Shown piece after piece: positions 1 through 9,242 of a stretch of DNA of 64,000 nucleotides; position 1 is the stretch's first letter, and every line of letters begins with the position of its first letter. The notes below the pieces were generated by a model. It was not told where the DNA came from. It searched no databases and worked only from the letters and a program-made list of their open reading frames with translations. The DNA is taken from positions 480,001 to 544,000 of the forward strand of contig OY970172.1 in assembly GCA_963707655.1 (NCBI GenBank), read 5' to 3'. Position numbers and translations under genes: made by a program. The DNA is from an uncultured bacterium. GTDB taxonomy: Bacteria; Babelota; Babeliae; Babelales; Vermiphilaceae.

Positions 1-321
1 TTGTGCTGGCAAATGTAATTTTTGCACGAAGGGAATAAATGCGTCGGGAAGCTCTTTGTGTATTTTGTTGGTATTGAGCCATGCTTTTGTGTCAGTAATT
101 TGATTATGCGCAACGCGTAAAAATTGTTTTATAGTATGTTTAAACTGTTCGGCAGATATTATAGTTTCTGATGTGTCTGAGTCGAGCGCATTGTTGCAGG
201 CATCGTACCATTGAGAGAATGTATGATGCCTGTCCGCCATAGCTTTAGCGACGGCGGAATTGTCAAATGAAGCAGGCAGTGAAAGGAAAAAAAACAAGAG
301 TACAATATATCTTTTAAACAT
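1..321 (-). CDS. Secreted protein, 5' part only (runs off window start); possibly a calcineurin-like metallophosphoesterase
   Basis: Manual translation from ATG at 321 is open to base 1: MFKRYIVLLFFFLSLPASFDNSAVAKAMADRHHTFSQWYDAC...PFVQKLHLPAQ. Signal-peptide-like N-terminus and an AGGA RBS. Family guess rests only on the PFVQKL segment; no catalytic motif lies in the window. Confidence 0.6.
   Translation of the reverse strand, partial: MFKRYIVLLFFFLSLPASFDNSAVAKAMADRHHTFSQWYDACNNALDSDTSETIISAEQFKHTIKQFLRVAHNQITDTKAWLNTNKIHKELPDAFIPFVQKLHLPAQ
229..258. repeat. Short palindromic (REP-like) element, in frame within the CDS
   Basis: cctgTCCGCCatagctttagcgacGGCGGA hairpin; related elements at 41601-41634 and 52696-53025. 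Confidence 0.65.
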
Positions 322-569
322 AATAATCCTTATGTAATGCCTTATAGATTCATTATATTTTGATCGTATAGTGTCTGCCATTTTTGTCAAAAGAGGGTTG
401 CTGGTCTATTGATTAGGGATGGAAAAAATACCCCTTGGCCTTCTTGTTTTTGTCTGCCAGAAATAGATATGCTGCCAAGCTATTTTGTAAGATTTATTTT
501 ACCCTTGAATCATCCCCTCATTCTCTATAGACTGCTTCTAAACAGTCCACCCATTTACGGTATTATAGT

Positions 570-1010
570 ATGAATTCCAAACGTGTTAACCTTAAGCCAT
601 ATCTGTTTATTTTTTTATTATTCGTTATTGATATTGTTGCCTTCAATTTTTTGGAAAAACAACTCATATGCGCGCTACTTTGCCTATATATAGTGCAAAT
701 AACCAGGCCTTTGAAAGCCGGGCACGTATTGTTAAGTACTCTGCTCCTTTTTATCGAATCATCTTTATATTACGGCCGATTTGGGTTGCAATTTATTTAT
801 CTAACCCCCCTGCTGCTCATCGGCTTATCTATGCAAAAAACATTTTACAAAAGTAGGTTATATCCTTATTTGCTCTTGATTATCGCCCTCTTATGTGCCA
901 CCGCCGTAGAATATTTTATTTTGGGGTTATCAGTATCATTGAGCTATACAATTTCGCAAATTCTTGTTAATATAGGAATGTTATGGATACTATCTTTGAC
1001 ATATAAATAA
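570..1010 (+). CDS. Hypothetical integral membrane protein (MreD-like size and hydrophobicity)
   Basis: 146 aa with about 5 hydrophobic segments; no diagnostic motif. Confidence 0.6.
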   Translation: MNSKRVNLKPYLFIFLLFVIDIVAFNFLEKQLICALLCLYIVQITRPLKAGHVLLSTLLLFIESSLYYGRFGLQFIYLTPLLLIGLSMQKTFYKSRLYPYLLLIIALLCATAVEYFILGLSVSLSYTISQILVNIGMLWILSLTYK

Positions 1011-1011
1011 C

Positions 1012-1361
1012 AAGGTAGACAAGGCAATCGCTTTATGATTAATCGTAAAGAGGAAAGTCCGGACTCCCAACGAACAAGGTACCTCGGAAGAGTAATCAAT
1101 CGAGGGGGGCGTAAGCCCATGGAAAGTGCCACAGAAAATAACCGCCAATCGTCAGTAAAATGGCGTTGGTAAGGGTGAAAATGTGCGGTAAGAGCGCACG
1201 ATTAATGCTAGCAATAGCAATAAGGGGTAAACCCTACCTGGAGCAAGACAAAATAGGCATGTGTCGGTTGTTCGTTCCGGTTTAAACATGCGGGTATGTC
1301 GCTTAGATAAATGGTTGCCACTTGCTCTGCATAGAACAGAATCCGGCTTATTGTTTACCTT
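1012..1361 (+). ncRNA. rnpB: RNase P RNA (bacterial)
   Basis: Conserved GAGGAAAGTCCGG, GGAAAGTGCCACAGAAA, AGGGTGAAA..GGTAAGAG and ACAGAATCCGGCTTA motifs; terminal helix AAGGTAGACAA / TTGTTTACCTT. Confidence 0.97.
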
Positions 1362-1477
1362 TATTTTTATATCATTTCGAACAATTCGAAACAGAGATGT
1401 TCATAGTATTCTATAACTAAGTTCTTCTCCCCCCATTCCCATAATATCCACTATAAAAAGGATGAGTAAAAAGCAGC

Positions 1478-2245
1478 ATGAAATTCAATTCTTATTTCTG
1501 GCTTATTCCTTTTATCAGTTTTGTATTTGGTTATTATCTCGTTTCACTGGTGTATCAATCACCGGTGAGCAAAACCCCTTCTTTGGTTGGCACGTCATTA
1601 CAAGATGCTGTTTTGCAAACATCTGAATTAAATCTTAATATCCGCATTGTTGGCCACAAACAAGAAACCGATTTGCCCGAAGCTACGATTATGAGCCAAA
1701 TGCCTCAAGCGGGCACCGCTATTAAAGCAAACCAGGCGCTGTATTGCGTAATTTCTGAAAAGCCTGCTATACCCCATGTCCCTCATCTGCTCAAAAAAAA
1801 TAAAGAGGCAGTTATTGTCGAACTCAACAAGCGTGGCCTCCGCTTTAAAATCTTTTACACAGAAAGCATATTACCCCTGGATACGTGCGTTGCCCAATGG
1901 CCGAATTCAGGCACACAAGGGGATGTTACCAAGAGCGTGATTGTGTATCTTTCTGCCGGAAGCAATAAACCCATTATATGGCCCGACTTTAAAGGCATGC
2001 CATTGCCTGATGTGTTAGAATTTCTTGCCATACAAGGGATTAGCCCGATAGTGAACCATACAACATTACTCGAGCCTGGGCATGTTTGTGGGTATGATTG
2101 CCTGGTTGTTGACCAGCGCCCCGTGGCGGGCTCAATTTTGGCCCTTAACTCGAACAAAAACCTTCAAGTCCAATTGCAGGTTTGTTCACCCAACTCAAGC
2201 ACTGCGCCCAGCATGAATCGTAAAAAAAGCCGCTATCAAACCTAA
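1478..2245 (+). CDS. PASTA-domain membrane-anchored protein
   Basis: N-terminal TM followed by three PASTA-like repeats (PSLVG..L..A, SQ.P.AG, PDFKG..L, DQRP.AG). Confidence 0.8.
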   Translation: MKFNSYFWLIPFISFVFGYYLVSLVYQSPVSKTPSLVGTSLQDAVLQTSELNLNIRIVGHKQETDLPEATIMSQMPQAGTAIKANQALYCVISEKPAIPHVPHLLKKNKEAVIVELNKRGLRFKIFYTESILPLDTCVAQWPNSGTQGDVTKSVIVYLSAGSNKPIIWPDFKGMPLPDVLEFLAIQGISPIVNHTTLLEPGHVCGYDCLVVDQRPVAGSILALNSNKNLQVQLQVCSPNSSTAPSMNRKKSRYQT

Positions 2246-2428
2246 ACAATTTAGGTGTCCGCTTTCGCCCCATTACCCATTTGATTTACAAAAATATTAT
2301 TACCTGTATTATTAATACTATGTAGTGAAGAAAGCATTTTTTTGTTGTTCTTCATCAGAATATAACGCGCAATTGCGTGTTGGAAAATGGGTAATCTTTT
2401 AGTTAATCAAAAAATAGTGAGAAATATT

Positions 2429-3211
2429 ATGAAAACGATTTTTAAAACATTATTATTTTCAGTGCTTGTTACCGGCTCAACACTTTTTTCAAGCGAGTTG
2501 ACCCAATTAACAGATGTATCTCCGAACAAAGTAGAAATTGCATGGGATGTGCATGATGTGCTGGTTAAACCGCACCACTGGACAAAAATAGTTTCGCATT
2601 CTTGTAAACACGGTGGTTGGCCTTTGGCGCAAGCCATAGGATCCTTGGTCTTTTATGACTCGGTGAAATCACTCTTTACTCTGCAAATGCAAGGAAGCTG
2701 GAAAGTGGCAAAAGAGAGTTACCAAATTATTAAACAAGGCGGTACCGGTGATAGCATTAGGCATAAGATAAATCAGTATGATGAAAGACTTGGCCAATCT
2801 GCCAATGGGGTTATTGCTAATATGTTTGATCCTATGCCTGGCATGGCGAACGTTACAAAAGAGTTAGCACAATTAGGTTATTCTCAACGTCTATGCACTA
2901 ACGGCGGTTCTGGCGAGATAGAAATCGTAAAACAATCATTACCAGAAGTATTTGAATCACTCGAAGTTGGAAAAACGGTTGTTTATCAAGAAGATGGTAC
3001 TTTCAGTTCCAAAAAACCGTCATTACAATATTTTACTGAGTACCAAGATACCTATAACCCTGACCGAACAAAAACTATCGTTTTTATTGATGATAAGATG
3101 GAAAACGTTATCGGTGCTCGCGAAGCAGGCCTTACTGCCATACTTTTTGAAAATGCTGAACAGGTACGCGCTGATTTTAAAACATTGGGTATTCCTCTAG
3201 CGAATCTCTAA
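2429..3211 (+). CDS. Secreted HAD-superfamily hydrolase/phosphatase
   Basis: Signal peptide MKTIFKTLLFSVLVTGSTLFS; HAD motifs WDVHDVL, TN, KP, FIDDKMENV..A..AG. Start moved from 2387 to the ATG at 2429. Confidence 0.8.
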   Translation: MKTIFKTLLFSVLVTGSTLFSSELTQLTDVSPNKVEIAWDVHDVLVKPHHWTKIVSHSCKHGGWPLAQAIGSLVFYDSVKSLFTLQMQGSWKVAKESYQIIKQGGTGDSIRHKINQYDERLGQSANGVIANMFDPMPGMANVTKELAQLGYSQRLCTNGGSGEIEIVKQSLPEVFESLEVGKTVVYQEDGTFSSKKPSLQYFTEYQDTYNPDRTKTIVFIDDKMENVIGAREAGLTAILFENAEQVRADFKTLGIPLANL

Positions 3212-3238
3212 TAGAACAATAATCAAATAATTTTTAAT

Positions 3239-3269
3239 AAAAAAGCCTCGAACGTTCGAGGCTTTTTTT
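3239..3269. terminator. Bidirectional rho-independent terminator
   Basis: aaaaaaGCCTCGAAcgTTCGAGGCtttttttt between convergent genes. Confidence 0.85.
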
Positions 3270-5998
3270 TATTCAAGGTTATATTCTTTGCAGCGCCTAT
3301 TAACCGATGAGCGGTTTACCCCCAGAAAGGCAGCAATTTGATTCTGGTTTTTAAATTTGTTCCAGAGCATTGCCATTACTTTTTCATTACGCAGCGCATG
3401 CTTGCCCAAATCTGCTGCTTGTAACAGCTCCGGGTCATTGCTAACATGCACCGGCTGAAACTTGGTTTCTTCATAAATATTATGTTTCTTTGATTTGTGT
3501 ATGAGCAAGTTTTGCACTTTTGTTTTGAGCTCTATCAAGCTGACTGGCCGCGCACCGACCAATTTGTCTTTCTCTTTTTCATTTAACTCAAGAATATTCT
3601 TAAAATCATCTGTCTTTACCGTTTGCGCGCTAAATCCTTCTGCCAAATTGTGCAATTCCGATGCAGGCAATGTAGCCAACGGCGGCATGCTCAATGATGT
3701 TTTTTTTAATTCTTCGTACAGCGTTTTTGAAAATCTATTTTCTTCTACGAGTGCTGCGAGATTTTTATCGCTTGAACAGATGATGCGTATATTGCCCTGA
3801 TTTTTTTGATCACTTTTGAACGTGCCCCAAAAACCTGTTTTTAAATATTCAGCTAAATATTCTTGCGTTTCTTTGTCTAAGAAATCAACATTTTTAATAA
3901 ACAAAGTGCCGATATTATCAAGTTTTTCAAAAAGTGGTCGCTCGGTAGTTTTTATGCCAAAAATAGGGTTTATGCCAAAGATTTTTATGAGATAATCATT
4001 GTCCTTGACCGGTTCGTGCAAGCTTATAGTATGCAATGTCTCACGCAAATTAATGTGATGGATCAATTCAACCATTGCCTTTGTATCCTCCTCAGGAAGG
4101 TCCAACAGAAGGGCATTATTGCTCATGCCGATTTTGAGCAGATCGATCTTAAAATTAAGGAGCACTTCCCCTGAACCGGGTATGAGTTGATTAATTAATT
4201 GGCCCGACTTGGTGGTCTCTAGATACAGCAAGTAATCCCACTTGGTTGGGTCTTTAAGAAAAGAAATTTGCTTTTTTATAATGTCTGAAATTTCCGGATG
4301 ATAGATGGTGATAATGACATTGTTTTGCTCAAGATTGGGCACGCCGGATATAATAATTTTTTTACCGTCAGCATCGGTCGAAAAGGTGGTTTTTGAAATC
4401 TTGTATTCTTCTACCTGACTCCCCACTTCGCGTATTGCTTTGCTCAATGGATGACCCTCTTGCAGATTAAGATTTATTTTAATTAATTCTTTTGCAGCCT
4501 GATTGCCAAAAATAAAGCGACGATTTTTATAAAAGATAATGCCAATATCTTTTTGGTTATTCATGCGCAAGAATGAGCGCATGCTTTCTTTATACTGCAT
4601 GATTTCTTGCTCTTTATTATGCAATTCTTCTTTGAGCTCTTTTTCTTGCTGGACCAGTAAATCAAGATTCCTATTTTGTAATAAATTAATGATATTACCC
4701 AAGTAATTGGCAAAGACCAGCATCTCGTCATGGTCAACAATGCTATACAATTTGTTGGGACGCGCATTAAATTCTATGACCATATACGCGATAACTTTCT
4801 GCTTTTGATAAATGGGCAAAAACAGATCCGCATTAATTTTTTCAAGGAAATGAATCAAGGCACTGCGTCGCTTGTCTTCATCATAAAAATTGTTAAAGGT
4901 AAGTTCATCATAAATCAGAATTTGTGATTTTTTTATGAAATCACAAATATCGTTATCATGGGTACCCATAAAATCTTCAATGAATTGTTCTATTGAATGC
5001 AGTTGCTGAAATTGCATTTTACTGCTGTCATTGCGCACAATAAGCGTAACTTTTTTATGGGGAATGGTGAGAGATTTTTTTAAAAATGTTTGGGTAACTT
5101 GGGACAATTCATGAATGCCGCTCACTTTGCTAAGCTGTTCAAGAACTTCTTTAAACGTATCGACAAAGTTTGCGCGCTGCTTGGCGTGCAGATGCTTATC
5201 AAAATTGAGAAATCTGAGACCCAACACCTTTTGAATGCAGTAAAAAATACTATAACTGATTAAAAGAGTAGAGACACCCAAAATACTCGATTCGTAGATC
5301 TGTTGATGGAAAAAATGCTGTGCGGCGATAATACATTCCGCCAAAAGAAAAGGACAAAGCAGGTAAGAAATCAACACGGTGAGTTGTATTTTAAGAATTT
5401 TCGGTAATTTTTCTGTCCGTATGTTCTTGAAGGTAAAGAAAAGTGCCGGCAATATGACAATTGCCAAGAGATACAAGCTTACGTAACGTATGATGTTTAA
5501 CTCAAGTGATGATTGCAATGATGCGTCTGCCAACGCAGCATAGCGCTCCGCTTCATCAGTGAGATTATTATCAAAGAAAGCGATATAAATAAAATAAAAA
5601 ATCGTTGCCCCGCTCAAGGCTGTAGTAAATTTTTGCCACAAATTCAAACGATATTTTTTGTGAACAAAGCTTTCTATAAAGAGAGCAAGGAACTGATACT
5701 GCATAACCATTGCTGCCCACGAACAGCGAACAATAAAGATATGAAGACCGTAGGGAATCCACGGGAAGAAGATTTGTCGCGTTAGCTTGCTTATCCAGGC
5801 AACATCGCCAACCATTGATCCAAGTAATATCAATAGGAGAAAAAGCCACGGAAGCTTAAAAGATGAAGTGCGCAATCCCTTGGGAACCAAGAGCGTTATC
5901 AAATATATTTTTATGCTTAGGGCCACCCACATAGTAAATAAGAGAAAATGGGGCGTTTTCAGCATGGCATAGAGCGAAGATAGTGATTCTATAGGCAT
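3269..5998 (-). CDS. Membrane one-component regulator A: multi-TM sensor + GAF/PAS-like region + degenerate sigma54-interaction AAA+ + Fis-type HTH
   Basis: About 7 hydrophobic segments in the first 260 aa; bEBP-like motifs GTLFIKNVDFL..ETQ..L, RIICSS..NL...V...RF...LY..L, MPPL; C-terminal HTH NQNQIAAFLGVNRSSVNRRCKEY. Confidence 0.85.
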   Translation of the reverse strand: MPIESLSSLYAMLKTPHFLLFTMWVALSIKIYLITLLVPKGLRTSSFKLPWLFLLLILLGSMVGDVAWISKLTRQIFFPWIPYGLHIFIVRCSWAAMVMQYQFLALFIESFVHKKYRLNLWQKFTTALSGATIFYFIYIAFFDNNLTDEAERYAALADASLQSSLELNIIRYVSLYLLAIVILPALFFTFKNIRTEKLPKILKIQLTVLISYLLCPFLLAECIIAAQHFFHQQIYESSILGVSTLLISYSIFYCIQKVLGLRFLNFDKHLHAKQRANFVDTFKEVLEQLSKVSGIHELSQVTQTFLKKSLTIPHKKVTLIVRNDSSKMQFQQLHSIEQFIEDFMGTHDNDICDFIKKSQILIYDELTFNNFYDEDKRRSALIHFLEKINADLFLPIYQKQKVIAYMVIEFNARPNKLYSIVDHDEMLVFANYLGNIINLLQNRNLDLLVQQEKELKEELHNKEQEIMQYKESMRSFLRMNNQKDIGIIFYKNRRFIFGNQAAKELIKINLNLQEGHPLSKAIREVGSQVEEYKISKTTFSTDADGKKIIISGVPNLEQNNVIITIYHPEISDIIKKQISFLKDPTKWDYLLYLETTKSGQLINQLIPGSGEVLLNFKIDLLKIGMSNNALLLDLPEEDTKAMVELIHHINLRETLHTISLHEPVKDNDYLIKIFGINPIFGIKTTERPLFEKLDNIGTLFIKNVDFLDKETQEYLAEYLKTGFWGTFKSDQKNQGNIRIICSSDKNLAALVEENRFSKTLYEELKKTSLSMPPLATLPASELHNLAEGFSAQTVKTDDFKNILELNEKEKDKLVGARPVSLIELKTKVQNLLIHKSKKHNIYEETKFQPVHVSNDPELLQAADLGKHALRNEKVMAMLWNKFKNQNQIAAFLGVNRSSVNRRCKEYNLE

Positions 5999-6003
5999 AA
6001 CTA

Positions 6004-6032
6004 TTGATCTTCCTTTTGACTGCTATTATACT
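6004..6032 (+). promoter_or_regulatory. Sigma70-type promoter for small peptide gene A
   Basis: TTGATC (6004-6009), 17 nt spacer, TATACT (6027-6032); same hexamers and spacing as 8963-8991. Confidence 0.75.
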
Positions 6033-6093
6033 ACTACTCCATAATACTAAAGCCACAAATAATTTCTAACAACTTTATGTTTAAGGATTGCTA

Positions 6094-6174
6094 ATGATCA
6101 GTTTGTTTTTCATGAAACTTCTCACTCTTGCTTTTTTTGTTGTTATGCTGCTCCGCTACCCGCCTAATGCGTAA
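6094..6174 (+). CDS. Small hydrophobic peptide A (26 aa, MISLFFMKLLTLAFFVVMLLRYPPNA); putative ligand or partner of regulator A
   Basis: Below the ORF-track cutoff. AAGGA RBS before the ATG, conserved promoter, C-terminal YPPNA matching FPPNR of the 9034 peptide. Alternative start at 6112. Confidence 0.65.
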   Translation: MISLFFMKLLTLAFFVVMLLRYPPNA

Positions 6175-6263
6175 TAGCTTAGCTTCTCGCACCGAACAGA
6201 AGAAGTAAAGACACACTTGTGATATTATTGCAGAAAAATAGTCTTTTTACTAAAGCCTATTTT

Positions 6264-8957
6264 TTACTCTAAATTAAACTCTTTGCATCGTCTATTGACT
6301 GATGAGCGGTTGACGCCTAAAAATGACGCGATTTTATTCTGATTCTTAAATTTATCCCACAACATTACCATGATCCGCTGATCGCGCAGGGCATGTTTGC
6401 CCAGACGCGCGGCTTGAATAAGTTCAGGAGACGTTGTCTCATACGCAGCATGAAACTGCGGCTCATGTTCTATCTCGTTTTTCTTTGATTTTGCTATTAA
6501 TAATTGCTGAATCTTTGTTTTAAGCTCTTGCAGACTTATTGGTCGGACAAGAGCTATTTTTGTTTTCTCTTTATCGGTAAGCTCAAACAAATTCCCCAGG
6601 GGCTGTTCTTGGAGCGCAATAGCGCTAAAACCATCAGCCAATGTATCAAGTTCATTTTGAGGCAAAGTGAGCAATGATGGCATGCTTAAACTTGTTTTTT
6701 TCAGCTCATTAAACAACGCCGCAGAAAAAGTGCCCTCATGCACGCGTGCGGATAAATTCTGGTTACTTGAACAGATAATGCGCACCGAGCTGCTTATTTT
6801 CTGGTCGCTTTTAAAGACACGGAATATGCCATATTTTAAATATTCAGCTAAATATTCCTGCGCTTCCATCTCTAAAAAGTGAATGTTTTCTATAAAAAGA
6901 GTTGCCGTGTTATCAAGCTTTTCAAGCAACGATTTGTTTGGCGATGTGCTAAAAATAGGATTAATGCCAAACAGTTTGATTGCATTTTCAAAATTGCGTG
7001 CCGGTGATTGCAGAGTGAGAATATGCAGCGTATCACGCAGGCTGATATGGTGTATGATTTCAACGGTGGGCATAAGATCTTCAGTAGACATTTCAAGCAA
7101 AAGCGCTTTTTTGGTGAGCGCCATTTTGAGAAACTCAATTTTAAAATTGAGCAACGTTTCACCCGATCCGGGAATAAGTTGGTTAATTAACTGGCCCGAC
7201 TTGGTCGTCTCCAGATAGAGAAGATAATCCCATTTGGTTGGATCTTTGAGCAAATCAATTTGACGTTTTACAATATCGGAAATATCAGGATGATAGAGGG
7301 TAATGATAACATTGTTTTTTTCAAGATTTGGCACGCCGGCAATAACTATTTTGTTGCCATCATTATCAAGAGCAATCATTGATTGCGGCGATTTATATTC
7401 TTCTACCTGAGTGGCAACCTGCTTTATTGCTTTGGTCAGAGGATGTCCCTCGTGCGTATTAAGGTTGATTTTAACCAATTCTTGTGCTGTTTGATTGCCA
7501 AAAGTAAAGCGGCGACTTTTGTAGAATAAGATGCCGATTTCTTTTTGTTTATTGGAGCGCAAAAATGAGCGAATGCTTTCTTTATACTGGTTTATCTCTT
7601 GATGCTTGCCATAAAGCTCCTCTTTGAGCTCTTTTTCATGAGCAAGCAGTGCTTCCAATTTTCGATTCTGTAATAAATAAATAATATTACCTACATAGTT
7701 GGCAAAGACCAACATCTCATCCTGCTCAACCTTGCTATAAAAATTATTGTTGCGCGCATAGCGGTCAATAATAATATAAGCGATGAGAATATTGTTTTTA
7801 TAAAGAGGAATAAAAACATCTGCATTAAGCGCTTCTAATAGATTGAGCAATGTTTTTTGCGTCTCTTCCTCATCATAAAAATTAGTAAAATCAAGTTCGT
7901 CGGTGATGAGTATTTCTTTGTTTTTTAATACTTCCACTGCTGCCGATTGCGTTGCAAGGAAAGTTTCAATAACCATTTCAACCCTGTTGTTTTCTCCATT
8001 ACTTTCTCCGTTAACAGCCTGCTTGGCGCGGGTATAAAGCAGTGTGCGATTTACCGGAGTATTAAAATTCTCTTTAAAAAACGTCTGGGTAATATGGCTT
8101 AATTCTTTAGGATTGGTAACCATACTCAGCTGTTCAAGAACATCTTTAAAATTGTTTACAAAGTTGAATCGTGCTGCCGCTTGCACATGATCATTCAGAT
8201 TAAGAAAACGCAAACCGGTCACACGGCGCGAGCAATAATAAATCGCGTAGGCAAGCAAGAGGTTTGAAAGCCCAACCGCTGCATAGCTACTGGTAATATA
8301 TGAGGGAATAACAAAATTGAAAGGATATACTTGGATAAAATCAAAGAAAAGGTGGGGGATAATGAATGCTCTGATAATAATAGAAAGCTGTTTTTTAAGT
8401 AAGCGGGGAAGTTGCTTGTTGCGCAATTGCCAATACACATAAAAGAGACTGGGCATGATGAGCGGGAAAAGGCAATACAAAGAACAGATTCTTTGTAGAT
8501 TATAGAGTATGATGCTTTTCACGCCGGTATGCCAACTGACAAAGGCTTCAGATAAGAACGCAACAACAAAGAATGCACTGAGCAAAAGAAAGATGGCTCG
8601 GCGCAGAGTGATTTTATACTGTGGCTCTACAAAGCTTTCTATAAACAGGGCCAATGATTGATATTGTATTACCGGAAATGCCCATGCGATGCGCACCCAA
8701 AGGGTGGAATCCATGTTAGGAAGAAAAAGCCGTGAAATAAGTTCAACGATCCAGGCTGAGTCAACAACTGATGCGCCAATCAATACACCGCACAAAAGCC
8801 AGATAGATCGGTGAGAGTTTTTAGAGGCAGAAAGACTGCGCGTTAAAAGATAAATCAGTAAAAATATTTTAAAACTGAAAGTACACGCAAGAATGGTTAA
8901 CAAATAGTACTGATTACCCAGTATTGTTTCTAGAGAATGTAGAAAAGTTGTTATCAT
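6264..8957 (-). CDS. Membrane one-component regulator B, paralog of 3269-5998
   Basis: Same architecture; near-identical LKDPTKWDYLLYLETTKSGQLINQLIPGSGE block and HTH; diverged TM region. Confidence 0.85.
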   Translation of the reverse strand: MITTFLHSLETILGNQYYLLTILACTFSFKIFLLIYLLTRSLSASKNSHRSIWLLCGVLIGASVVDSAWIVELISRLFLPNMDSTLWVRIAWAFPVIQYQSLALFIESFVEPQYKITLRRAIFLLLSAFFVVAFLSEAFVSWHTGVKSIILYNLQRICSLYCLFPLIMPSLFYVYWQLRNKQLPRLLKKQLSIIIRAFIIPHLFFDFIQVYPFNFVIPSYITSSYAAVGLSNLLLAYAIYYCSRRVTGLRFLNLNDHVQAAARFNFVNNFKDVLEQLSMVTNPKELSHITQTFFKENFNTPVNRTLLYTRAKQAVNGESNGENNRVEMVIETFLATQSAAVEVLKNKEILITDELDFTNFYDEEETQKTLLNLLEALNADVFIPLYKNNILIAYIIIDRYARNNNFYSKVEQDEMLVFANYVGNIIYLLQNRKLEALLAHEKELKEELYGKHQEINQYKESIRSFLRSNKQKEIGILFYKSRRFTFGNQTAQELVKINLNTHEGHPLTKAIKQVATQVEEYKSPQSMIALDNDGNKIVIAGVPNLEKNNVIITLYHPDISDIVKRQIDLLKDPTKWDYLLYLETTKSGQLINQLIPGSGETLLNFKIEFLKMALTKKALLLEMSTEDLMPTVEIIHHISLRDTLHILTLQSPARNFENAIKLFGINPIFSTSPNKSLLEKLDNTATLFIENIHFLEMEAQEYLAEYLKYGIFRVFKSDQKISSSVRIICSSNQNLSARVHEGTFSAALFNELKKTSLSMPSLLTLPQNELDTLADGFSAIALQEQPLGNLFELTDKEKTKIALVRPISLQELKTKIQQLLIAKSKKNEIEHEPQFHAAYETTSPELIQAARLGKHALRDQRIMVMLWDKFKNQNKIASFLGVNRSSVNRRCKEFNLE

Positions 8958-8962
8958 AACTA

Positions 8963-8991
8963 TTGATCTTCAATATTCAAAAAGCTATACT
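8963..8991 (+). promoter_or_regulatory. Sigma70-type promoter for small peptide gene B
   Basis: TTGATC (8963-8968), 17 nt spacer, TATACT (8986-8991). Confidence 0.75.
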
Positions 8992-9033
8992 TGTCTTCAA
9001 ATTTCACCGAGCTATTTCCTTAGGAGGATTTCT

Positions 9034-9141
9034 ATGAACAAACTGAAAAATGTTATCAATTTCCTGTGTTCTCCCTACTTTCAAGTAGCAGTTGCGCTGG
9101 TTATGGTATTTGCATTTGATGAATTTCCACCAAACAGATAA
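9034..9141 (+). CDS. Small hydrophobic peptide B (35 aa, MNKLKNVINFLCSPYFQVAVALVMVFAFDEFPPNR); putative ligand or partner of regulator B
   Basis: Perfect AGGAGG RBS at 9022-9027, conserved promoter, basic N-terminus, hydrophobic core and FPPNR tail. Confidence 0.75.
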   Translation: MNKLKNVINFLCSPYFQVAVALVMVFAFDEFPPNR

Positions 9142-9242
9142 ATCATCTTGTTTCTTGATTCTACCATAAATGGTAAACATGAACAAATTGGGTTTTAATG
9201 CGCCTGGAAATTCAATAATGGCAATTAAAATTTTTATTAGAG

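Noticed and set aside
944..1132. 62-aa ORF on the - strand
   Set aside because: Antisense to rnpB.
6077..6094. Mini-ORF MFKDC overlapping the peptide A start (TAATG)
   Set aside because: No clear RBS and no counterpart at locus B; could be chance.
9004..9186. 60-aa ORF on the - strand upstream of regulator B
   Set aside because: Antisense shadow of the 9034-9141 peptide ORF, which has the RBS, promoter and paralog support.
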